This document shows positions 1 to 8,905 of a DNA stretch of 55,574 bases, one piece after another. The stretch spans positions 1 to 55,574 of the IMG/VR virus record IMGVR_UViG_3300033148_008370; one strand, given 5' to 3'. This DNA is from a virus (lineage: Duplodnaviria > Caudoviricetes). Below the pieces are notes generated by a model, which did no database searches, had not been told where the DNA came from, and worked only from the letters and a program-made list of their open reading frames with translations. Numbering within the stretch: the first letter of the stretch is position 1; every line of letters begins with the position of its first letter. A program made the position numbers and the translations under genes.

Positions 1-107
1 ATGCTGATGTTGTAGGAGCTATCAATGTTCTTGAGAGAGTAAGTAAGGAGGTTCCGTCCCTTAGAAAAACTTTGAATGAAAGATGTGATGAGAATGTTTT
101 TCTATAA
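1..107 (+). mobile_element. tnpB: 3' end of a second tnpB copy (truncated by window start)
   Basis: Reads ADVVGAINVLERVSKEVPSLRKTLNERCDENVFL*, nearly identical to the C-terminus of ORF 2276..3397; nt 1-120 align to 3294-3410 with one 3-nt indel. Confidence 0.9.
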
Positions 108-140
108 AAGTTTTGACGGAAAATATAATCTGTGTAGAAG
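1..140 (+). ncRNA. Putative TnpB omegaRNA copy A (scaffold to ~120, guide ~121-140)
   Basis: Identity to 3294-3410 ends abruptly at 120; stems AAAACTTT/AAAGTTTT and GAAAGATGT/ATGTTTTTC; TTCCGTC (52-58) complementary to GACGGAA (115-121). Confidence 0.7.
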
Positions 141-231
141 AATTGCTTCTCAGGATTTATTGAATGATTGGTTTAGAGATGGATGTCCATTAGACTGGAG
201 AAAGAAAAGAGGTTTTTTTTTAAAAATCTAA
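121..231 (+). pseudogene. Possible severed 3' end of a gene interrupted by tnpB copy A
   Basis: Open frame KYNLCRRIASQDLLNDWFRDGCPLDWRKKRGFFLKI* with no ATG, beginning at the inferred element end. Confidence 0.4.
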
Positions 232-242
232 TAACTGAATAA

Positions 243-1455
243 TTATTGGTCTTCACAAACTTTTATTCTATAATGCCAAGTGATTCCCCATTCAGGGTGA
301 TAACCATACAAGATTTGTTTAGCTTGAGAGATTTTTCCAAGTCTTTCAACGCTAAAGTCAAGTTAGAAATGTTCCATTTGCAATAATTGTTTTTTCATTT
401 ATATCAGTCATGAAGCAAGTATGGAAATGTCCTAAGTTAAAGATTTTAGCTTCTGGGAATATAGAACCAAAACTTTTAAATCTATCTTCTACTCCATACC
501 AAGGTGTTCTATTATACATTTTAATACCATGTCCATGATAGAGAAAGAATGGGGGATCATTCATTATAAACAATTTGTTATTATCCTCAGTAAAACATGC
601 TATTTTCCAGTCTATATTCTTATAATTCTGAAGGGATATTTTTAGTGAGTTATAAAGAATTAAATCCCAGTTTGTAACTTTATCTGAGAATTTACTATTT
701 CTTCCATGATTTCCAGGGACACATCTTATTTTTATTCTTTTAAAATGATGTGTCAGATTAGCAATAAATTTAGTGAGTGCTGGGATTAGAAGGGAATATA
801 TTTGTTTTGCTACTCCATAATTAACTTCAAATTGTTGTCCAGGGAATAGACTTTCATGATCGGCAATATCCCCAAGGAAATGAATTCTAAGAGTATTTAT
901 ATTATATGTTTTTCTTAGGATTCCATTTATTATTTTAAGCATATTTTTTTCAAGAATATCAATTCTCTTACATAATATACTTGGGTTAAAAGAAGGTGTA
1001 ATTCTTCCACCATGCAAATCAGATAATAGGAGGACTGCTGTTTCTTCTATGTTGTTGGGATTTTCTTTTGGAATATATTTTGGTGAATAATAATCTATTG
1101 GTTCTATGAGTGATTCTAATGTATCAACAATTATTTCAGTTTTTGCACTTTCTTTTCTGAGGATGTCCTCTAAACTTTTAATTCTTTTCTGATAGATTTT
1201 TATTTTTTCTTTGCTGACTGAATTTTTTAGTTTAGTATTCTCTTCTTCTAATTTTTTTAGTTTCTCTTCTATTTGTGGTGGGATTGAGTCAGTATGAGAT
1301 ATTCCTTTTTCATATACTATTTTTTTCAGATAATCTTTGTATTCTTTACATCTTCTCTGAGCTGTTCTTACTGATATGTTTATTTTCTCAGCTATTTTTT
1401 TTGTGTTACCATCATTTTCCCAGAAAATCTTTTCAAATTTTTTTATTTTGTTCAT
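243..1455 (-). CDS. Calcineurin-like metallophosphoesterase with N-terminal HTH/coiled coil; frameshift near 360
   Basis: Motifs SDLH, GD, GNHG, HGH, GHFH; track ORF stops at 358 but a shifted frame continues DFSVERLGKISQAKQILYGYHPEWGITWHYRIKVCEDQ* to 243. Confidence 0.8.
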
Positions 1456-1563
1456 TTGTCACACTCCAAAAAAGAATTTTATTATCATTTAGATGGGTTT
1501 CTTATATAATATATTAGATGACCAGTCAGTCATTAAGTTTTTATAATATAGAGAGGTGTTATA

Positions 1564-2199
1564 ATGAGCTATAAACCTAAAGATCAGAAACCTAAGAGAG
1601 GTCAAAGAACTGGTAAGGGTCATATAGATAAAGAGACAAAGAGGAGGGCTTTTGAGCTTTATGCTGTATGTCGTAATTGTGAACAAGTCGCAAGGGAATT
1701 AGGTCTTAAACCAGGCACTGTTAGAGATTGGAGAAAGAAACAACATTGGGAAGACATAATAAGAAAGCAGATGAGAGAGACAGGTTTAGTATTTGGGACA
1801 AGGAAGATGGAAGTTAAGAATACCATGCAGAGGATAATAGAGGAGAGTGAGTATGATGACTTGACTTCTACAGTAATGATTCCTTCAGCAGTGAGAGATA
1901 TAATTGATGTTCCAGCTCCTACTGAAGATGATATAATGAATTTGGCGGCTTTTAATTATTTTCTTAGTCAGTATCATATTCTGACTATAATAGAGAGGAA
2001 GCTTTCTGAATCTTTAAGAACAATGAAAGCAAAACCGGATAACTGGAATGAGATATTAAAGACAGCTGACTTTTTAAGCACTAAGTTTAGACAACTTAGG
2101 GAAGACTTAATTAAGTCAGGTTTTGCTAATAAGTTCAAGGATGAGGAGAAGGATACTCTGGAAGCTTCATATTATATTGGAGAAATTGAGGAGGATTAA
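1564..2199 (+). CDS. terS: Terminase small subunit (HTH type)
   Basis: HTH EQVARELGLKPGTVRDWRKKQHW; SD GAGG; position upstream of terL. Confidence 0.7.
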   Translation: MSYKPKDQKPKRGQRTGKGHIDKETKRRAFELYAVCRNCEQVARELGLKPGTVRDWRKKQHWEDIIRKQMRETGLVFGTRKMEVKNTMQRIIEESEYDDLTSTVMIPSAVRDIIDVPAPTEDDIMNLAAFNYFLSQYHILTIIERKLSESLRTMKAKPDNWNEILKTADFLSTKFRQLREDLIKSGFANKFKDEEKDTLEASYYIGEIEED

Positions 2200-2227
2200 A
2201 TTTGTTTAATTAATTTATAGTTTTTTG

Positions 2228-2256
2228 TTGCAATTTATATAAATTTATGCTATAAT
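2228..2256 (+). promoter_or_regulatory. Sigma70-type promoter upstream of tnpB (may read on into terL)
   Basis: TTGCAA-17 nt-TATAAT with extended TG. Confidence 0.75.
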
Positions 2257-2275
2257 AGATAACAGGTGAAGAATT

Positions 2276-3397
2276 ATGCTTAAGTCATTTAAGCTCAAAA
2301 TATATGCAAACAAGGGAAAGCTCAGGAAGTTAGACAGTCTTATTGATTTTTGGAAGAATCATGTGAATAAGAAGATAGATTTGTTTTGGGACTTTGATGA
2401 GGTCAAAGGTTCATTTCCTCCAAAGGAATATAAAAGAGGAAGTAGATTTATTAACGATTCTTCTACAAAGGCTTGGAGAATAGTAAAGGGAGTCAAGAAT
2501 AGGACAAAGAAGTTATGCTTGGATCTTCAAGAATTAGATTTTTATTCTAAGCATGGGAAAGAGCTAAGAGAGAAAATAAATAACATCTACAAGAAACCTA
2601 TTTTTAAGGGAGAAGAAGTAGATTTGAATGAAGCAACAATAAAGTTTTCTCCTCATAAGAATCACTTTGACTTTTGGGTCAGAATTTCCAACCTTATAAA
2701 AGGAAAAAGACTGAGAATTCCTTGCAAGAAGTTTGAAAGATTTAATAGATTTTTAAAGAAAGGGAAGTTGAAAAAATCAGCTAAATTGTTGAGAAGAGAT
2801 AATGGCTATTTTCTTGAGGTCTATATAGAGATACCAGAGAAAGAGTCCAATAACAAGGAGAAGATTGGCTTAGACATAGGGATGAATAACCCTGTAGCTT
2901 CTTCTGATGGAAAATTCTATGGGAAAGAACTGAAAGAATTGAGGATAAGGACTAAATGGAGAAAATATAAGAACAAAACTTCTCCTTACAAGCAAGGTCT
3001 GAATAGAATAGTGAAAGAAGTTATAAGAGATAATCCTTGCAAGGATTTTGTTGTAGAAAAGTTGTTATTTAAAGGAAAGAAAGGGAGAACAAAAAGGTTT
3101 AGGAGAAGGAATAACAATTGGAGTTATAATTTCTTTTTGAATAAGTTAGAGGAACATGGAAAAACGGAAGGTTTCGAAGTTATTCGTGTTCCAGCTTATT
3201 ATACATCTCTGAAATGCCCATCCTGTGGGCAAATCAGTAAACTGAATCGGAATGGAGATATCTTCTGTTGCATCAACTGTTCTTATAAGAATCATGCTGA
3301 TGTAGTAGGAGCTATCAATGTTCTTGAGAGAGTAGGTAAGGAGGTTTCGTCCCTTAGAAAAACTTTGAATGAAAGACATGAGAATGTCTTTCTATAA
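2276..3397 (+). CDS. tnpB: TnpB RNA-guided endonuclease (solo, IS1341-like arrangement)
   Basis: N-term MLKSFKLKIY; RuvC I GLDIG, RuvC II VVEKL, Zn ribbon CPSC...CINC, RuvC III HADVVGAIN; D/E/D intact; no tnpA adjacent. Confidence 0.93.
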   Translation: MLKSFKLKIYANKGKLRKLDSLIDFWKNHVNKKIDLFWDFDEVKGSFPPKEYKRGSRFINDSSTKAWRIVKGVKNRTKKLCLDLQELDFYSKHGKELREKINNIYKKPIFKGEEVDLNEATIKFSPHKNHFDFWVRISNLIKGKRLRIPCKKFERFNRFLKKGKLKKSAKLLRRDNGYFLEVYIEIPEKESNNKEKIGLDIGMNNPVASSDGKFYGKELKELRIRTKWRKYKNKTSPYKQGLNRIVKEVIRDNPCKDFVVEKLLFKGKKGRTKRFRRRNNNWSYNFFLNKLEEHGKTEGFEVIRVPAYYTSLKCPSCGQISKLNRNGDIFCCINCSYKNHADVVGAINVLERVGKEVSSLRKTLNERHENVFL

Positions 3398-3430
3398 GGG
3401 TTTTAACGAATGCTTAAGTGTCCAAGAAAC
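3294..3430 (+). ncRNA. Putative TnpB omegaRNA copy B (scaffold to ~3410, guide ~3411-3430; 5' limit unknown)
   Basis: Perfect hairpin GAAAGACAT-GAGA-ATGTCTTTC (3371-3392), outer stem 3359-3366/3397-3404, TTCGT (3346-3350) pairs with ACGAA (3406-3410). Confidence 0.7.
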
Positions 3431-4896
3431 AGAAAGCAACTTTATGAGTATATAAGGGACAAGTTAGGATATACAGTTCCTGATGTTGCTGTTGCTGATG
3501 GAAATATTTCTCCATTTGATTTTATTTATGATATTTTCTTTGAGAAGGTTTCAGATGTCATAGTAGTGGGTTCAAGGGGATCAGGTAAAACTCTTGATTT
3601 AGCCATTATACATATTCTTAATAGTATTTTCAAGGCAGGATGCGAGACAGTAACAGCTGGTGCTATTGAGAAACAGGCAAAGAGATGTTATAGTTATTTC
3701 CAGAAGATGCTTAAGAAGTATGCTGGGACAGGTAGAGTTGGGAATTCTTTTATATCAGAAACTATTTTTCATACTCCAGCTAAGGTAGAAATACTCACAG
3801 CTACTATGAATCAGATGAATTTCTCCCATCCTCAGAAGGCTTTTCTTGATGAATTTGATTTAGTTGAGTGGGCAATATTTATGGAATTCTTAAATATGAC
3901 ACAGAAGGATAGTAATAGTAATAGTAATATTATTGCTCAGAATGTTCTTACTACCACTTATAAGTATCCAAATGGAAGTGCTGTTAGACTTATAAGACAG
4001 AGAGAGGAAATGGGATTTGATTTTAAGGTGTGGTCTATATGGGAAGCTTCAAAGAGATGCACTTTAGATTCATGTTCTCATTGTGAAAATATTGTTAAGG
4101 GAACTTTTTCTGATGGTAGTCCAAGAACATTTGCAAGAGTATGTGGGAAGAAGTTAAAGAGATCAAATGGTTTTCTTGATATTAAGGATGTATGGAGAAG
4201 ATTTAAGAGTTTGGATATTGATATATGGCTTGCTCAGCAAGAATGCAGACGCCCTTCAAGACGGACAGCTGTGTTCTATTGGTTTGATCCAGAGAGAGAT
4301 GCTAATTTAGTTTTCAATGTAGATAGGAGTGCTAATTTCTATGAGGGTATTGACTGGGGTGGTGCATCTCCAAATGCTTATGTTTTATGGATGGAGAAGA
4401 ATGGTATTTGGTATTTAGTTGATGAGATATATGTTAAGAATATACCAGCAACTGAGTTTGCAGATATGGTAAAAGCTAAAAGAAGTAAATATGGAATAAA
4501 TAATGATAATTTGATTGCTTCTTATGCTGACCCAGAGAATACAATTGCAATGTTAGAATTTGAGAAAAAGGGTATTAATCTGACTGGTGCTAAGAAGGGA
4601 AAGGATAGTGTTATAGCTGGTGTAGCAATTATGAATTCTCTTGGAACTGATGGTAGGATTAAGATACATGCAAGGTGTAAGAATGCAAAGAGAGAATTTA
4701 CAGAATATCATTATTCACATAGCACTGTTGAAAGGAATTCTTCATCTAAGCCAGTTAAGATTCACTGTTTGATGAATATGATAATGAAGAAGAGGATAAA
4801 TTTACAGATGAATGGGATTTGTCTTTCAGGAATCTTTATGGTGTTTCTTTTCCATTCTCTGACACAACAACTATATTGAATTTGGGAGATTTTTAA
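3410..4896 (+). CDS. terL: Terminase large subunit; apparent deletion/frameshift near 4762
   Basis: Walker A GSRGSGKT, Walker B AFLDE, nuclease GIDWG and DP; -1 frame SLFDEYDNEEED...GDF* ends 1 nt before the portal ATG. Confidence 0.88.
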
Positions 4897-4897
4897 G

Positions 4898-6643
4898 ATG
4901 AGTTTTTTAGAAGATGTTGAAAGATATGAAATTTTTCTCAAGAAGAAGAAAAAAAAGACTGATGATGGAATGATGTCTTATCCAGGTGATTCTGAGATAG
5001 GATATTCTGGGCTTGATATTTCTTCTGGAATTATAAATGAGGAATACAATAGTGAGCTAAGGAGTAATTCTGATAGAGCTAATTTTTATACTCGTATGAG
5101 ATATGATGCTTCAGTTGATACAGCTTTAAATTTAGCTGAGCTACCCATTCTTGTAGCAAATTATAATATTCTTCCAACTGGTAGAGATTCTGTTGAAATG
5201 GAGTCAGCTGAATTCTTGAGAGATATTATATATAATAGGTCAAATATTACAACTACTTATTCATATAGAGATACACTTAAAGAAGAATGCAAGTTTATGC
5301 AATATGGATTTTTTCCATATGAGAAGGTATATGATAGAAGGGATTGGAATGGAGAGAATTTTAGTAGGAAGAATATGATAGTTCTCAAGAAACTGGCACT
5401 GAGGCATCCAAAATCTGTTGATAGATGGAAATATAAACCTGATGGAAGCTTAGAAGGAATGTATCAGGTTCCTTCTACAAATATAGATAGTTTAGGAAGT
5501 GATGAGATATTCATTCCTGTAGAGAAGCTACTTATTTTGGTGCATAATAGGATTGGGAATAATTTTGAGGGTATTTCGATTCTTCGTCCTTTAGTGAAAC
5601 ATTGGAGCTATAAGAATGGTCTTTATAAGATAGAAGCTTTAGGGCTTCAGAAGAATGCTATGGGTATTCCATCATTGGGGATGTCGAAACCTAATAGTGA
5701 GAAGCTCAATAAAGCAAAGAAGATGCTTCGTTCTTTAATGGTCCATGAAGAAGCAGGTATTATTTATGATAGGGACAAACAAACATTTGATTATAAGCAA
5801 GGGGGAATTCATACAGTTGCTATTCACAGGAGTATTTCTCATCATGATAGTAAGATATATCAGAATGTTCTTGCTGGATTTATGCTTTTGGGGCAAGAGT
5901 CAAGAGGAGGGGCAAGGAATCTTGGTGGTTCTTTGATGGATTTCTATCTTATGATGTCTCAGAATATTGTTGATTTAAGATGTGATATAAGGAATCGTTA
6001 TTTATTGCAACCTCTTGTATCTTATAATTATTCTAACATAAAGAGATTTCCAAAAGAGGTAGGAAACCTTAACAGTATGAAAGATAAGGTTGCTCTTTCT
6101 AATATTCTTAAGACTCTTGCTGATTCAAATTATATAGATCCATCAGAATTATCTATGAGGGAATATGTTCATAGTCTTTATGGATTTCCAGAACCAAAGA
6201 AATTAAGTGATGAAGCACAAAAGAAAGCAGTTACAGAGACAGATAAAGATGCTTCTGAGAATAAGAAAGAACCAGCAAATAAAGCTGAGATGTCCTTGCT
6301 CAAATGGCTTGGGAGAATAAAACCATTAGATAACTTGCCTGTGGATTATAGAGAGAGATGGATAAAAGCATCAAGAAAAATTGAAGAATTGCAAAGGAAA
6401 GAAATATCTGAGTCAGTTTCAGAATTAGTAAAGATGGGTCAAGTCCCAAATATAAATTATATAGATGTTCCATATAATGATCATTTGAGAAAGCTGATGA
6501 GGGAATATGTTAATTTTCATTCTGAGCTTTCTAAGGATGATAGTTACAGTGATTTTGTGGTTGAGTCAGCTATTCATACTCATAATAATGAAATGAAGTG
6601 GGAGATTCTGGATACTTTGCTCAATATTTCAAGAAAATTATAG
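4898..6643 (+). CDS. Portal protein (DUF935/Mu gp29-like)
   Basis: Follows terL; YGFFPYEKVY, GNNFEGISILRP, GGARNLG segments typical of this family. Confidence 0.85.
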   Translation: MSFLEDVERYEIFLKKKKKKTDDGMMSYPGDSEIGYSGLDISSGIINEEYNSELRSNSDRANFYTRMRYDASVDTALNLAELPILVANYNILPTGRDSVEMESAEFLRDIIYNRSNITTTYSYRDTLKEECKFMQYGFFPYEKVYDRRDWNGENFSRKNMIVLKKLALRHPKSVDRWKYKPDGSLEGMYQVPSTNIDSLGSDEIFIPVEKLLILVHNRIGNNFEGISILRPLVKHWSYKNGLYKIEALGLQKNAMGIPSLGMSKPNSEKLNKAKKMLRSLMVHEEAGIIYDRDKQTFDYKQGGIHTVAIHRSISHHDSKIYQNVLAGFMLLGQESRGGARNLGGSLMDFYLMMSQNIVDLRCDIRNRYLLQPLVSYNYSNIKRFPKEVGNLNSMKDKVALSNILKTLADSNYIDPSELSMREYVHSLYGFPEPKKLSDEAQKKAVTETDKDASENKKEPANKAEMSLLKWLGRIKPLDNLPVDYRERWIKASRKIEELQRKEISESVSELVKMGQVPNINYIDVPYNDHLRKLMREYVNFHSELSKDDSYSDFVVESAIHTHNNEMKWEILDTLLNISRKL

Positions 6644-6655
6644 GAGGTGTTTAAA

Positions 6656-6835
6656 ATGGAAAAAGAAGTCATTGGGAGGATAAGGTCCATTGATGATGAT
6701 GGTGTGGTTATTGCCATTATTGATGATAATGATGGTGAGGAATATTATCACATTAAGCTTAACAACAAACTTTTTAAAGGTAAAGATGTCAAATGTGGGG
6801 ATCTTGTTGTTCTCAACATCTTTGTTGGTGAATGA
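6656..6835 (+). CDS. Small beta-rich hypothetical protein
   Basis: SD AGGAGGTG; 59 aa; resembles 21117..21395 in pattern. Confidence 0.6.
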   Translation: MEKEVIGRIRSIDDDGVVIAIIDDNDGEEYYHIKLNNKLFKGKDVKCGDLVVLNIFVGE

Positions 6836-6888
6836 CAAAAAAGTGTTCAATGGATGTTGTTGGAGTATAATAATAAGGAGGTGGAAAA

Positions 6889-8445
6889 ATGAGTTTACTT
6901 CCAATAGCTGATAAAGGTCTATCTTGGGATGCTTCAGAAGCAAAGAAGAGAATTGCCAAATATGCTGGTGGTCCAGATAAGGACAAAATTGATTGGGGAA
7001 AATATGGAAAGGGATTCTTTTGGAGTGAGAAAAATCCAAGTAATTTTGGGGATTTCAAACTTCCATTTGCAGATGTTATAGATGGAACTCTAAAGGCAAT
7101 TCCAAAGGGAATATACTCAGCATCAGCCGCCATTCAGGGAGCTCGTGGAGGAGTAGATATTCCTAAAGATGACATAGAGGATGTTAAGAGAAAAATTTCT
7201 TCTTATTACAGTAAGATGGGGGAAGAACCTCCATGGAAGAAGGAACAATCAGTGGACAATAATCAATACTTAGTTCAATTTTCTTTTCCTATTAAACTGA
7301 GTGGGCATTTAGAGCCATTGTCAGAGGTTCAGTTAGCAAAGGAGGGAAGTTTTGAGTATCCAGGTTTTTATGGTTCAAATACTCTAAAGTTTGATCAAAG
7401 TGTTTATAATGCTATGATCAAGAATTTTAATGATAATGTATGGGGAAGCGAACTTTCAGTGGGACTTCCTTTTGATGTTGAACACATGGAATACTTGGGT
7501 GCTTTTGGGTGGATAAAGTCATTATATACTAAAATGACAGATAGTGGTTTAGGTTTATTTGCTCAGGTTGAATGGACAAAGACAGGAAAAGAGTTTATTC
7601 AGGAGGGTCGGTTTAAATATACAAGTCTAACTTATTTTAAGACTTACAAACATCCAGAGAGTGGTAAGGTTTATAATTATGTTGTAACAGGTGCAGCTCT
7701 TACAACAAAACCATTCTTAACTGGTATGGAACCTGTTTCTTTGAATAAGTTTAAGGAAATATTTGACAAAAATGAAAAGGAGGTCAAAGAAATGGATGCT
7801 ATTAAGCAGGCAATTGAAGACTTGAAGAATCAGCTTTCTAAGAATTCTGAGATTCTGGAAAGTTATGGAAAAAGGATTGAGGAACTTTCTCAGTCCAAAG
7901 AAGATGAGAAGGAAGAGGAAGCTGAAACTGATGAGGAACTAAAAACACTGAACCTGGAAATACCTAATATTACAGAGGAAGTGAAGAAAGTTACTCTTGC
8001 TTTGCAAGAACAGGTTAAAAAACTTGCAGAAGACAACAAAGAGCTTCAGGAGATGAATATTGAAGCTGAATGTAAGAAACTTTCAGCTGAGTGGTTTGAC
8101 AAGAGATCTGATGATGGTAAGGAGAGTATGATGAAGTTCAAACCTGATCAGAGGGAAACTGTTGAGAGCTTTCTCACAACTCTTACAAAGGTTGATAGGG
8201 GTTTGATAACTTTTTCAGAAGCTTCAGCAAGACTTGGCAAGAAACTTTCAGAGTCATTTATTGAGATTATCAATGGAATGCCCAATATGACTGTTGATCT
8301 TTCTGAGAAGGGTCATAATGACAATGAAGCAGAGATTCAAGAGGAGTCGAATGATATTATTGAACTTTCTGTAGTTGAGAAGTATATGAAAGAGAAGAAT
8401 ATTGATGACTTTGCTCAGGCACTGAATGAAATCACAAAAAGTTAA
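6889..8445 (+). CDS. Prohead protease/scaffold (Mu-like I protein) with extra N-terminal domain
   Basis: DVEH, AFGWI, VEWT, FKYTS, GAALTTKPF motifs; acidic coiled-coil C-terminus. Confidence 0.85.
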   Translation: MSLLPIADKGLSWDASEAKKRIAKYAGGPDKDKIDWGKYGKGFFWSEKNPSNFGDFKLPFADVIDGTLKAIPKGIYSASAAIQGARGGVDIPKDDIEDVKRKISSYYSKMGEEPPWKKEQSVDNNQYLVQFSFPIKLSGHLEPLSEVQLAKEGSFEYPGFYGSNTLKFDQSVYNAMIKNFNDNVWGSELSVGLPFDVEHMEYLGAFGWIKSLYTKMTDSGLGLFAQVEWTKTGKEFIQEGRFKYTSLTYFKTYKHPESGKVYNYVVTGAALTTKPFLTGMEPVSLNKFKEIFDKNEKEVKEMDAIKQAIEDLKNQLSKNSEILESYGKRIEELSQSKEDEKEEEAETDEELKTLNLEIPNITEEVKKVTLALQEQVKKLAEDNKELQEMNIEAECKKLSAEWFDKRSDDGKESMMKFKPDQRETVESFLTTLTKVDRGLITFSEASARLGKKLSESFIEIINGMPNMTVDLSEKGHNDNEAEIQEESNDIIELSVVEKYMKEKNIDDFAQALNEITKS

Positions 8446-8465
8446 CATTTTGGAGGTGAAAATAA

Positions 8466-8879
8466 ATGGCAGGTGTTAGTGAATATGGTTATAGAACCTT
8501 TAAGGTTAATCAAGCTGGTGGGGTAGTGATGGATAGATTTGTTGCTTTGTCAGATGGAGGCGATGATGAGTCAGCTATTTCATACCCTACTTCTGGTGGT
8601 AGAGCTGTTGGGGTAAATAAAGAGGACAAGGATAATGGAGAATACACTGCTGTTATGGCAATGATTGGTGCTTCAACTTGGGTAGAATGGGATAATATTA
8701 ATGGAGATCCCAGTCCTGGTGATGAAGTTACTACTGATGCAAATGGAAGAGCTATTGCTATTCCAGTCAATGCCACTCCTATCTGGTATCATGTGAATGG
8801 TGAGGTTCTGGAGATTAATGATAATGGAACTAAGAAACTTGCGAAAATACGGTTGGTATCATACCGTAAACAATCATAA
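8466..8879 (+). CDS. Capsid cement/decoration protein
   Basis: 137 aa between scaffold and capsid; GDEVTTDANGRAI motif. Confidence 0.65.
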   Translation: MAGVSEYGYRTFKVNQAGGVVMDRFVALSDGGDDESAISYPTSGGRAVGVNKEDKDNGEYTAVMAMIGASTWVEWDNINGDPSPGDEVTTDANGRAIAIPVNATPIWYHVNGEVLEINDNGTKKLAKIRLVSYRKQS

Positions 8880-8905
8880 AAATTTAGGAAGAAGGTGAAA
8901 ATAAG

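Noticed and set aside
1518-1533. ATGAC-N6-GTCAT palindrome before terS as operator or pac site
   Set aside because: Single 5-bp-arm instance, expected by chance
2276-3397. Cas12f with CRISPR array
   Set aside because: No repeat-spacer array in any intergenic region; scaffold overlaps the gene end as in TnpB
2200-3410. IStron/group I intron around tnpB
   Set aside because: Only ~75 AT-rich nt precede tnpB, too little for a group I core, and terL is not interrupted
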